Part shown: positions 24,501 to 35,468 of the stretch, piece by piece
Position numbering within the stretch: the first letter of the stretch is position 1
Layout of the letters: each line of letters starts with the position of its first letter
Origin: Macrostomum lignano
Taxonomy: Eukaryota
Assembly: GCA_002269645.1 (NCBI GenBank)
Contig: NIVC01001361.1
Span: 1 to 64,000, forward strand
Reading direction: 5' to 3'
DNA: 64,000 bases
Program-made: the position numbers and the translations under genes
The notes under the pieces: generated by a model
What the model was told of the DNA's origin: nothing
Databases searched by the model: none
What the model saw: only the letters and a program-made list of their open reading frames with translations

Positions 24501-25664
24501 TTGTTTAGAGTCCTTAACGCTTTCTCTTACTTTTATTTCTGGTATCTTGTATCTTGTGTTTTAAGTCACACCCCCGTCTTCATCGAAGTTGTTCGTCATT
24601 AATTAATATTTAACGTTTGCTTATTAAGCCTGCTTTAATAAACTTAATTCAACTTAATAAACTTAGTAACTCTAATTTTTTAATATCTATTCAATATCCA
24701 AAGTTATAGTATATCTTAAGTCATTTGCCCGTGGGGCGTAAAATAACCAAGTACTCATCTCAAAGAAGGCTCTGAGACTTATTGTTCCGTAATATGTAAA
24801 TTACGGTGGTGGCAGCAACTACCCTATTGAAAGTAATCAGCTTGACAACCCTACGCATCAGTTTATGAAGTCAGAAAATCTCCGGTGCTTCATCGCTTTG
24901 AATGACCGCACCGCTACACGACCGCTCCACTACGATACAACTACCCTCCCCCCGGACTTGAGAACCCGGCAGTCGGAGAAAAGGAGAAATTTTCTTGTTG
25001 AGTTTCGTCTGCGCGATTTTCCGGTTTATTCGTGCAAACTCAACGTTTTGATGGAAATTCAAACGAGGAATCTGCCCCCACCTCACTGGTGTCAGCAAGT
25101 TATTGAAACCGAGTATTCCAAGAATTAATTTCTCCACCCCCACCTCAGTATCTATTATTAAATATATCTATCGTATTGCCTTTCTGTCAAAATTTTAAGT
25201 ATAGTTTGTTATTGTCTTAATAATAGCTAAATAAATATTTATAAACTGCTTATTCTCTACTGAGTCTATGCTATAACAACCAGACAAAATATTTTTCTCT
25301 TTGTAGTTTATAATTGCTTTTTATTTTACATAAATACATTGCAATAGCAAAGTTATTCATCAACAAAAAAGCCTACTTTATATAAAAATTTGTCTTTTGT
25401 ATGCATATTCAAATAGGAATATGGGACCCTCACTTGCTCATTGAAATACCTATGTTAGTATTTGCACCACTTAGACAGAGACATTGATTGAGCCGACTTA
25501 ATTTAAATGCAGGAAAAAAATTCTAAAACATTAGCCAATTAGAATTTAATAAAGAAAATGATTTTTAATTATACAGATGAAACAAAATAGACTCGAATAT
25601 GTTGCAGGCAGTGGAGGGCTTACCTGTATGTAGGTCCAGATGGAAATCCAAAGTAACTACTCAT
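12508..25664 (-). CDS. ZFR: Zinc finger RNA-binding protein ZFR (3 matrin-type C2H2 fingers + DZF domain)
   Basis: Phase-consistent exons 25664-25624 (MSSYFGFPSGPTY), 21621-20190 ([77 protein letters not shown]), 18011-17378, 16717-16629 (LDKEKCLEALANLRRAKWFQ), 13542-13447, 12987-12508 ([27 protein letters not shown]...LMAFRQLHRLL). These match known ZFR motifs in order. Confidence 0.95.
13060..13350. repeat. 20-24-bp AT-rich minisatellite in the last ZFR intron
   Basis: Unit ATGATT(C/T)ATTAGATGATTCAG(GG)A, about 13 copies. Confidence 0.9.
13600..13765 (-). repeat. Dispersed ~160-bp element, copy 1 (second copy at 45781-45940)
   Basis: Reverse complement AGCCATGAGGG..CCCCAAAGGCACAGAGAGTACATGCCTGACGATTATAAAGTCAGGGCCGCTGTACACCCTGTGTGAGC...GCTCAGGAGTCAGCGGAACGGG aligns by eye with 45781-45940. 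Confidence 0.75.
13860..16465. repeat. 32-bp GC-rich minisatellite with 25-bp variant blocks in a ZFR intron
   Basis: Unit GGGGAAGGGA(C/T)AGGCCGCCCACTGCAGGACCA, about 80 copies; shorter unit AGGGACAGGCTGCCCACTGCAGGACCA-type runs at ~13975-14060 and ~14700-14950. Confidence 0.97.
17117..17330 (-). mobile_element. tRNA-derived SINE copy 1
   Basis: On the - strand: A box TAGCCTAGTGG, B box GGTTCGATTCC, then the central domain TGTGTCCTTGAGCAAGACACTTGACTC...CAGTTCACCCAGCTGTAAA; second copy at 36811-37022. Confidence 0.85.
18040..20110. repeat. 32-bp minisatellite, preceded by a related 22-bp block, filling a ZFR intron
   Basis: Unit AGATTCAGTAGATCTGCTGCTGTCTACC(T/C)CAG, about 60 copies; GATTCGTGTTGCCTACCCCGGT x5 at ~18060-18190. 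Confidence 0.97.
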
Positions 25665-26870
25665 ACCTTTGACAGATTTTTTGTTTTTTAAATGTAGTTC
25701 GTTTGTAAAGTTTGATACTTTCAGGTTACAGTCTACAGCCTGCAGTGCAGAACTTTGTAGGTACGTTTATTAAACATAAATTGTTATACAGACAGAATTA
25801 CAACTTTAGGTTCGTCGCGACACGTTCACGTAGAAATTTTCACATCAACTTTTTGGCAAATCAAAATTGTACCTTACAAAAAATATAACACAACAAAATG
25901 TTGTTTTAAAATAGAAAACAATAGATAAAGTATTTTTTGTTCTTTTTATACAGAATTTGAATTTAAAAACTAATAGACTAAAGTAAAGTAAAAGCTCTAG
26001 CCTAAATATAATCACTTTATCGTCTACAATGCCGTCATCTGAAGTCAATCAACTACACCAATTCTGGTCAGCTCATTTCAATCAGGAATGACATTCGAAG
26101 TATCTGAAGTTAGCTTTGGTGGGGATTAGGATTATTATTATATTTTATCTTCACTATACACGTACCATTGAGGGTCAATATAATTTCTTAGTGTTGGCCA
26201 CGTAAGTATATCAAAACAAGCACCAAAAGTTCCAGGACAAAAAACAGGGCAACATGTATTTAGTCAATTCCTGGAGGTGACATTATTTAGTCAGATGTTT
26301 ATCTAGTTATCCCCCCCCAAATTAAATTTCAGCATACGCCACTGCTCGGATTATATTACATGTAGGGTAATTACGAAGTAGGGAAATCGATTTAAAATTT
26401 CTCTCCCATTTAGTTCTTTGTCTCCTTTGGTCCACCGATTGGTTAATAAAGAACTGTCTAGCTTTCAGTGGAATTTTTACCAGGCAATCTTTGTTAACTC
26501 GTCATTCTCGGTAACGAAATAAAATATGATGATCTGACCACGACCAAAGTTTAACGGTTTTTTAAAGTGTATGCGTGCTACACTTAACTTGGGAAACTAG
26601 GTTAAGATTGATTTAATTTTTCAAAGAGCTACATTATAATCAAGAGTCAACACAGGTACGGTTGGACTGCAATTACAGTCAAACAAAGTTCACAATAAGA
26701 AAACCTATCATATAAGAAACAAATAAGACTATGAGTAAAATGCGCAGATATTACAAAGCGAATGTAAAACGTACTCGTACATTCAAAAATTGTGTAGGCA
26801 ATTCAACAACAGATCCCTTATAATATAACCAGCCACTGAGTTTCAATGTTTTATGCAATAATCGTTCTAG

Positions 26871-27719
26871 TCATTTCTGTTCGCGCAAAATAAGCACTGG
26901 CACAGAACAAAGCACCGCTAGTGGCGCCGCCAGGTACAATAGGCGCCAGCGAAGGCACACACCTGCCCAAGCGGCTATACAGGCGGCGCTGCCGGGCGTG
27001 AGCAGCGTTTCCAGCGACAGTGGAGCAGGCGAGTGCGAGCTATCGCCGTTGCCGAGAACGGGTCCGGCGCACCAGGCAACGCGAAGAGGCGGTGGCTCCG
27101 ACAGGCCTCTGTCAACGTCGACAACAGCCAGACGCCGGCGGAACTCCGCCAGCCGATCGGCGAGCTGCTCAGCCGAGTCGTTATTACAGTCTGCTTGGCC
27201 ACCGAAATTCAAACCCACCGACAGACTGCGACTACTGGCAGGCGCGGCCTCAACGGCATAGCAGCGAAGACCGCCATCAGTCGTGGGCCCGAATGCGTAT
27301 AGGGCAGAGTCAGCCGGACAGATGTGAACCTCGTCAACTCGGCCTGTGGCCACCAGCTCCTGCAGGCGCGAGTAGGACACCCGGCGAAGGCTGAGCTCGC
27401 CGCCGCGGTCCAAACTGAATCGGAAGGCGCGTCGAATGGCGGCCAATTCGTCAGAGGAGTCTGGCCTGGCGGTGATGCGACGGACTTCATTGTATCTTTG
27501 AATAGCAGCGGCGCCGGCCAGGATTAAGCCAGAGCCAACCGCGAACCGGGCGAGGCCGACAGTCCAGGCCGACGGCCTGACAAAGGACGCGTCAGTCTGG
27601 CTCTGACTGAACGAGCCGCCGCTGCTGGCGCCGCGTCGTGCGACAACGGCGCGCATGAAGCGGCCAGCCGCCGCCGGAGCGGACAGCAGGGTTAAGACGC
27701 GTCGGTTCAACGGCTGCAT
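26871..27719 (-). CDS. Intronless ~282-aa protein resembling only the N-terminal TM1-IMS(FtsH_ext)-TM2 part of paraplegin/AFG3L2
   Basis: Arg/Ala/Ser-rich, acid-poor N-terminus (mitochondrial presequence-like); TM1 (FAVGSGLILAGAAAI); VSYSRLQELVATGRVDEVHICPADSALYAF resembles the m-AAA motif ISW..F...L.KGEV..V.V; AEQLADRLAEFRRRL...PLRVAW; hydrophobic C-terminus; stop at 26871. No Walker A/B or HEXXH motif. Confidence 0.65.
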   Translation of the reverse strand: MQPLNRRVLTLLSAPAAAGRFMRAVVARRGASSGGSFSQSQTDASFVRPSAWTVGLARFAVGSGLILAGAAAIQRYNEVRRITARPDSSDELAAIRRAFRFSLDRGGELSLRRVSYSRLQELVATGRVDEVHICPADSALYAFGPTTDGGLRCYAVEAAPASSRSLSVGLNFGGQADCNNDSAEQLADRLAEFRRRLAVVDVDRGLSEPPPLRVAWCAGPVLGNGDSSHSPAPLSLETLLTPGSAACIAAWAGVCLRWRLLYLAAPLAVLCSVPVLILREQK

Positions 27720-28489
27720 GAAAATGTGATAAAATATGGTCAACTATGAGTATTTAACGGACCAATCACAGACGGGAAAGCATTGCAAACCAGACACGCT
27801 ATTGAAACTAAAAAGCTTTAGGCTAAATCACCAAAAGCGATATTCTACCACATCAAATCAATAGTTCATGAAGTCTTTAGTTGGTGAAATTTCTACATTT
27901 TTTAAAGTTAGGTAGTCCTCATCTAGACAATATTCGTTGCCGCCACCCCTTAATAGTGGACAAATATAATATTTATAATGGGAGACTAATTAAAGCCATT
28001 CACTATAGATTTTCAGGAAATTTAAGAAGCAACTTTACAGGGGTTATAAATATATGCCTAAGTAATTTTAAAGGTGACCTCTGCTCAAACTTTTTAGAAA
28101 CTTTTCGGCTTGGAGTTTATAGAAATTTGTGAATAAATGTTTATAGAATTTGTTTATAGAAGCATTAAATTTTTCACAACAGGTTACCTTAGTAGTGCAC
28201 TAAGAGTATATATTCACTTTTCGAAAAGCTGACAAATACAACAAGGAAATGATTGCACTAGAAATGCGGAAGTATAAGTCATTATCCAATTGTTTCATTT
28301 ATTGTGGCCGCAAACGGTTGCTGAGGACTCGTTTATAGGCCGAGGCGAACCCGAGGCTAAAGCCGTTTGCGGCCAAGATAGGTGAAACAGTGGGGGATAA
28401 CGCAGTTTTTCCTTACTCGGGCTTGGCCATAGAATACAGAAATATTTATTTAGCCTGAATAAATGCGTTTTTTTAGCACATGGCGGGGC

Positions 28490-28875
28490 CCACGTGGGAA
28501 TAAATGCGTTTCTGTAGTCTATGGTCGGCCCCCATTGGTGAATAAATGCGTTTCTGCAGTCTATGGCCGAGCCCAATTGGTGAATAAATGCGTTTCTGTA
28601 GTCTATGGTCGGGCCCAATTGGTGAATAAATGCGTTTCTGTAGTCTATGGTCGGCCCCCATTGGTGAATAAATGCGTTTCTGTAGTCTATGGCCGGCCCC
28701 CATTGGTGAATAAATGCGTTTCTGTAGTCTATGGCCGGGCCCAATTGGTGAATAAATGCGTTTCTGTAGTCTATGGTCGGCCCCCATTGGTGAATAAATG
28801 CGTTTCTGTAGTCTATGGCCGGCCCCCATTGGTGAATAAATGCGTTTCTGTAGTCTATGGCCGGGTCCACGTGGG
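28490..28875. repeat. 42-bp minisatellite inside a probable non-autonomous element
   Basis: Unit AATAAATGCGTTTCTGTAGTCTATGG(T/C)CGGCCCCCATTGGTG, about 9 copies; 13-bp perfect inverted repeat upstream (28305-28317 / 28363-28375). Confidence 0.9.
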
Positions 28876-30579
28876 AAGTATTTATCAAGCCTATAATGCC
28901 TCACTCAAAAGTTAAAAATAAAGAAAATGAGTAACACAAGCGACACAATTCCCAAAGCTTTAATTCCACAGGCTAATAGCCACTTTTTAGCGCGTTTTAT
29001 TATTTCTTCAGAGCGCAAGTGCGTTAGGAGCAAAAAATGTTTTTATACGGCAAAAAATGAAGCAAGGATTGAAAAAACAACACAAAACAAAAATAGAATT
29101 GGTACGAGGGCAGAGGATGGCAGCTTGAAATGACGCGCACACGCATAGTTAAGTGAATTAAGTAAAAGGAAAATGTACTGCTTGCGTTTTTTGGCAGTGC
29201 GATGGGACCTAGAGCTGAATAAGATTGTAATTGGTTGGCTGGGGGGGGGTCTTCGCAATTAACGATAAAGATAAATAATATGAATGATAATTACACCACT
29301 AGAATGCCTAGTAGTAATGGGGATTTTAATGGTGCCTTACCTTCTACGGTAGCTATAATAGAATGATTATGCTATAGAGTACATATTCTAGTACATATAA
29401 TGACATTAAAATGGGAAATTAAGATTTCAAACATAATATTTGAATGGACTGCGCGCATAGTTGAACAAAGTCACACAGATGGGCCTGCTTGAAAAATGTT
29501 TCACTTTTATTTTAAAGTAAACTTTCATTACAAAGAGATGTTATTTAGTCGGCTAGCGGATTACAAGAAATAGTTGAGCACAAAGTGAGTTGCTAAACTG
29601 CATCGTGAAACGGTGGATAGGGTGCGCTTTTTTACAGAGAACAAAAGATGAATGAATCAATTTTTAAACAAAAAAATAAGCGTAATATATATAGGCAAAG
29701 AAAGTTGAGTTTTAATTCTCGTTTAAAACATAAAAACTTTTTTTATCTTGAGCCGGATAGGCTATTTTACCTGTGCAATAATTATTAGCCGGGTGGGTTC
29801 CAGGTTCGATTCCGCTTGCAGAGTTTGCATAACAGCACAGTAATATAATTGAGGATATGGATATGCATATATATATATGTATGATTTTAGCATGAAAATG
29901 GTTTTGCTATTACGCTATTTCTGGTACTACATAAGCATGCTCTTCTGGTTACATAGAAATTTAAATTTCAAAAAGAGTGCAGACACAAAATTAATATAAT
30001 TATTATATTATGTAATATGCGAGACAAAAAATGTATGGTGCATGTAGGATTGTATGCATTTTTTCTTCAGAGCAATTGTCTGTGTGTGTGTCCGTCTTGA
30101 ATGACCAAAATTCAACAGACTCATAAGCAAAAAAGTATTGAACTACATTTTAAAGTGTTGCATTCTGCAGCTTAATAATAATGTTTACCCTAAGTTACTG
30201 AAAAATCCGACGAAGCCGACCAGTTTAGAAAAAAAGAGAGAAGGCAAATGAAGAAAATAAAATTATTTATCTAATTAATTATAAACTGGAGCGACGGCCG
30301 TAAACGCAAGCGGAGGAAAACAAAAAATGCGCCTATTTCACATCGTCAGAATTTAGTAACCTTGGGGGGGGCGGTTGAGGCCTAAGCGACAGACAGAGTT
30401 GGAGACACCTAGCAACCCTAGGGACTGGGTTTTGGGGCAATATTACTGTGATTGCAGCGCAAGGTCTACTATATAGGCCCAGACCAGGGAGCAGTAGGGA
30501 GAATATAGGATGGGGATTGATGAGGCTTCGGACGCTGGTGTCGGTGGGCGCAAAAAAAAACGCAGAAAGTCAATCCAGC

Positions 30580-33500
30580 CTACAACACGTAGGTGGACTT
30601 GGCCATGCTAGAGCTCTTCTGCTCCTGATCTACGTGGGTCTGGTAGGCAATTTGAATATTCTCCGGAATCTGCAGGGCCTCTTTGAGCCGGTGGCCGATA
30701 TTAGTGCAAGCGTCCTTATTGACAGCTGTCCGAGTCCACACGGACAGTTTGTCCTGCTTGGCTCGGATTTGAACTATAGCGCCGCACACTTCGTCTGAAT
30801 CGTCGTCGAAGCCTTCGCCGATTAACAATAGGAGAGTCTCAATCCAGAAGCTGTCCATGCTGAGATTGCGCTTCGTCTTGTCCAGCGTGATCAACCAGCG
30901 GCCACCCTTCAGATTGTTGGGATCCTCCCACATGGGATTGATGCCCTCCTTGAAAAGGGAATAGTCGCAGCCAACAGGCAGCTTGCTGGCTGGCTGGATG
31001 TGGTTGAACAGGGCCCAGAAATCTTCTACAAAGCCGAAACTGGTCACCTGCTTCTGGTTCTCATTCCAGGTCTTGTGCCGGTCGTTCTTGAAGAACCACA
31101 GAGTCCAGCTGTTGATTGGGGTTGGGGAGAGTTTTAGTTAAATTTTGCCCTAATTGGCAATTGTGAAGGTCCGGACAAATCCCACGTAACAATCTGGTAA
31201 GACAGAAATTTCCCCGGTGAGTCTGGTAAGATACAGACATCTCCCAGGTGACAGTCTGGTAAGATACAGACATCTCCCAGGTGACAGTCTGGTAAGACAC
31301 AGGCATCTCGCAGGTAACAGTATGGTAAGACACAGACATCTCCCAGGTGACAGTCTGGTAAGACACAGACATCTCCCAGGTGACAGTCTGGTAAGATACA
31401 GACATCTCCCAGGTGACAGTCTGGTAAGACACAGGCATCTCCCAGGTGACAGTCTGGTAAGACACAGGCATCTCCCAGGTGACAGTCTGGTAAGACACAT
31501 CTCCCAGGTAACAGTCACCCGCAATCTTATGCGGGCCTCTATCCAGCTGGGATACGTTCCCAAATGCTGGACTGAAGCTCGGGTAGTCTTTATTCCCAAA
31601 CCTGGGAAGGGTGACTACCAAAGCGTCAAGGCCTTCCGGCCTATTAGCTTAACGTCAGCAATGCTTAAGCTCACTGAGAGGATTATTCTCTGGCGGCTGC
31701 TGTCCTGCGAGCTGACAGCGATGCCCCTCAGCAATAATCAGCACGCCTTCCGTACCGGGAGGTCGACTGACAGCGCCCTGCATGCGATTGTCGAGAAGAT
31801 TGAAAGGGCGGTACTGGGTGACGGTTACGCTCTGGCTCTCTTTCTTGACATTGTTGGCGCCTTCGACAACGTTATCTTTGAAGCGTTTCAGAGGGCCCTT
31901 CAAAATCGCAAAGCTCATGCTACCCTCATACGGTGGATCATGTACATGATCTCCAACCGTACGGTCACTGCCCAACTTCTTGGGCAAACTGCCTCCACCA
32001 GAGTCTGTAAGGGTGGACCCCAAGGCGGAGTCGTCACCCCGACGCTCTGGAACCTGGTCATGGACGCTCTTTTGAGTGACTCCCGACCCGACCCCGTCTT
32101 CAAAGTCGGGTATGCTGATGACGTCACGGCCATTGTGGCAGGACCGTCTCCCAGCACGCTCAGGGATCTGATGCAGAGCTTTATCCGCAAAGCAGAATCC
32201 TGGGCCAATGACAATGGTCTGGAACTCTCTGAGCCCAAAACCGTTGCCATTATGTTTACCAGCAGACTACGCTGGAACATACGTCCTCTGCAGCTCTACG
32301 GCAGAGATATTGCCTTCGCGCACCAGACCAGATGTCTCGGGGTCATACTTGACCACCGGCTCAACTGGTCCTCCCACGTGAAAGCAAAAGCCAAGCGTGC
32401 CTCAGCCATCCTGGCCCAGCTCCGACGAGCACTTGGCACTTCTTGGGGTCTATCCCCAAAGCGGCTTTGGTGGATCTATACTTCCGTAGTTAGACCTGCC
32501 ATTACGTACGTCTCTGTTGTCTGGGTTAGCGCTACCCAGGTCAAAAGCCATGCAGACCTGCTCAACACGATCCAAGGCAGAGCGTGTAGGCTCATCTGCA
32601 ACGCCACCAGGTCCACGCCCTTTGCTGGCATGGGGGCCTTCCTTAATCTTCCGCCTCTTGACCTCTTTATCAGGGGTGAGGCGGCTAGAACGACGCGGCG
32701 TCTAATTGATGCCGGCGTCAAATTCATTTACATGAGAGCACCTGCTAAGCGGAACCTTGTCCCGCATAGCGATCTGTGCCTCAACTTTCTCAACGAGTGT
32801 CAAGCCAATCGCGTCTTCACCGATGGCATTGCCTCAACGCTCAACCTGAGACAGCGCTACTCCGTAGCTATCGACTCGCGCGATAACATCAATGACCATT
32901 GGAACCCTGGTGAGCTTCATTGCTACACCGACGGTTCTAAGCAGTCAGCCAACACCGGCTTTGGTGTTGGAATCTTTCTGAACGGGAGGGTCATCGCTAC
33001 CCACGCTCAATACACTGGGGTCAACTCCAGTGTTTTCCAAAATGAAGTTCTGGCCATCAGCTCCTGCACTGCAGAGCTCCTCGCCACTGGCGTTACTGGT
33101 AAGAACATCATTTTCCATTCGGACAGCCAAGCTGCCTTGCACGCCATCAGTGGCTGCAGCACCAACTCTGCTACAGTCCTTGACTGTATCAAACTCCTCA
33201 ATGTGTTGGGTTCCGCCAACAAAATTACCCTTAAGTGGGTTCCGGGGCATGTGGGGATCCGAGGAAATGAGTTGGCTGACACCCATGCAAAAGTTGGTGC
33301 CTCCGGCTCCTCTCTCGGCCCCGAACCTCTTGTCCCGATTCCTGGCTGTGTCATCGACTCGCGCATCAAAGCGTGGATCAGGACTCAGCACCGCTCGACT
33401 TGGGCGAACCGCACGAACTGCAGGCAATCCAGAGGCGCTGTCCCTCAGCCCTCTCACCAGCTCCGGAAGCTCCTCTTGCGCCTCTCGCGCAGAGACATCC

Positions 33501-35468
33501 GGGCTGCCACCATGACCCTCTCTGGTCACGGCTGCTTCTCCAGGCACCAGTACCTGCAGGGCAACGCCACCAACGCCACCTGTAGTTTCTGCAACTCAGG
33601 TGACGAAACCGCTGAGCATTTCGTCAGCATCTGTCCCGCCTTCACGCGGGCCAGACTCACTTACCTCGGGCCACACACATCTATTACTGAAGCGTGCAAA
33701 CCCGAAAACTTTAATCAGCTCATGCGCTACCTTCGGGCCACCCGCAGGGCTGAACTCTCCTTTCCAGAGAGCACCATAGCTGCTGGCGACACTGGGGGAC
33801 CTCCCTGGGCGGCGCCAACCCTCCGTCCATAGCGACGCGTCGGCCGTTCAGGGACTAGCGGAATGGGCGCCCGCGCCTTCCCGCTGTGTCCCCTCCGGGA
33901 AAGCCCTGCAGCTAAGTCAAGTAAGTAAGTCAAGCCCAGGTAACAGTCTGGTAAGACACAGACATCTCCCACGTGACAGTCTGGTAAGACACAGACATCT
34001 CCCAGGTGACAGTCTGGTAAGACACAGACATCTCCCAGGTGACAGTCTGGTAAGACACAGACATCTCCCAGGTAACAGTCTGGCAAGACACAGACATCTC
34101 CCAGGTAACAGTCTGATAAGATACAGACATCTCCCAGGTGACAGTCTGGTAAGACACAGACATCTCCCAGTGAAAGTATGGAAAGATTCAGACATTGTCA
34201 GCTAGTATTGTTCAATAACACACAAGAGATTAAATACCATGCGCTAAGGTAAAGTTACTGACGTCATTGTCAGAGTACTTTCCTATTGCCCCGTCTGCCG
34301 GGTGGGGTAGGACTATTGATTGGCCACAAATCTACTCAAAGGCAGGCCACAGTTCACACTGTAAGAAGCAATAAATCGCATGCATTTCGGCACACAGCGC
34401 ACAAGCCGGGCGAAGAAGTTTACGTCGCGTATGGTTGGCCAAAACTGAATGCTTAGTAAGCTCGGCTCAACTAAGTAAAAAAGCAGTTTACATTCAAGTT
34501 TTGTCAGCGGCCGGAAAATCGATAAGATAACCAACTGGATAACTAGACATGCGAACAGGTTTTTTTCTGAGTTGAAATACCAAGCAGGACGAGAAGTCAA
34601 GCGTGTGCTAGAGAATCCAAATTAATGCCTGGCATAGACGAATCATAAAATTATTTCGAATATCGACCTTGAGCTATTAATAGAGAAGCCCAAATAAGGA
34701 TAGATTAAATTTATCCCACGACACGTGTTAGATTTCTCTGTAATTAGCGCTTCCCTTCCAATAGGAAAGTAGGCAGGATTAAGGGAAGCAAATTTTTGCA
34801 GCCTAGGATAGACAGGCAAGCCTCTGACCTTCAACTGAACCTTTAGGCTGATTTATTGCTAGCACACAGGCACTGCAATAAGCCTTGTCGTTATAAAGCA
34901 TCAGAGAGCACACTGTACAGATGGTAATGGCAATGACAAACCAGGGTGCGCGCACAGGCAGGCAGAGAGAGAGGGAAAGAGACAGATGGCATTAGCACGC
35001 ACAAAGCAGAAGGGTAAACAAAAAATTCCTGTGACATATCAGACTGAAGAAAACGTGCAGCTAGGGCAAACATCGTGAAAAAAAGAAAACAGACAACATA
35101 ATTATATGCGAGCAAGCAGATAACAAATAACACAGGCACTTAATAATTAATACACTAAAGCCTAAATTCATAAGGGATTAGGGAAGTCTAGATAAAGCTG
35201 CAGTTAGTAAATCAAATCTATGCGATTTGGAAGCTTTGGAAGGGAAATGATAAAAATGCTCAAAACTGGGACGGATAACAAACAATAATAAAGATTCTAG
35301 CAGCCCCTACCGGTTGTGCAGCGGATGCTTGTCAGACGTCTGTGAGGTTTCGCCGCCTCCGTTTATGTCGGCAGCGCAGGCTTCCTCCGTGCCAACTGGC
35401 GCAGCTTTGTCCTTCAACATTTTAGTTGAATCCTCCAAGTAATCAGCTTGGTTTTCAGTAGCAGCCAT
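30580..35468 (-). CDS. eIF4E: Eukaryotic translation initiation factor 4E, class I
   Basis: Exon 35468-35311 (MAATENQ...KHPLHNR, phase 2) plus exon 31108-30580 (WTLWFFKNDRHKTW...VEDFWALFNHI...FKEGINPMWEDPNNLKGGRW...FWIETLLLLIGEGF...KLSVWT). All eight conserved Trp are present, including those equivalent to W43 and W56, which defines class I. Confidence 0.96.
31210..34170. repeat. 33-bp minisatellite in the eIF4E intron, split by a LINE (31210-31516 and 33935-34170)
   Basis: Unit GACAGTCTGGTAAGA(C/T)ACAGACATCTCCCAGGT on both sides of the insertion. Confidence 0.95.
31517..33934 (+). mobile_element. 5'-truncated non-LTR retrotransposon with RT + RNase H (I-group, Loa/R1-like)
   Basis: Uninterrupted ORF to 33832: GYVPKCWTEARVVFIPKPGK..YQSVKAFRPISLTS, PQGGVVTPTLWNL, GYADDV, RNase H motifs YTDGSK / QNEVLAI / HSDSQAAL / WVPGHVGIRGNELAD, C-terminal CSFC..ETAEHFVSIC. 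(TAAG)/(TAAGTCAAG) tail; TSD CCCAGGTAACAGTC at 31503-31516 and 33935-33948; no APE domain. Clade call is from motif memory. Confidence 0.93.

Noticed and set aside
24865-25143. Overlapping 87-aa and 90-aa ORFs
   Set aside because: No splice context or recognisable motif; likely a TE fragment.
31217-31516. N-terminal repeat domain (RHLPGDSLV)n of the 871-aa RT ORF
   Set aside because: It is the host 33-bp minisatellite, in frame by chance (33 is divisible by 3); the element starts at 31517 after the TSD.
4910-34170. Idea that arrays keep splice-donor-like motifs (GTGAGT, GGTAAG) only on the antisense strand
   Set aside because: True for two arrays, but the 18040 array has GAG|GTAGAC and the eIF4E array has TTACCAG on the sense strand, so the pattern is inconsistent.
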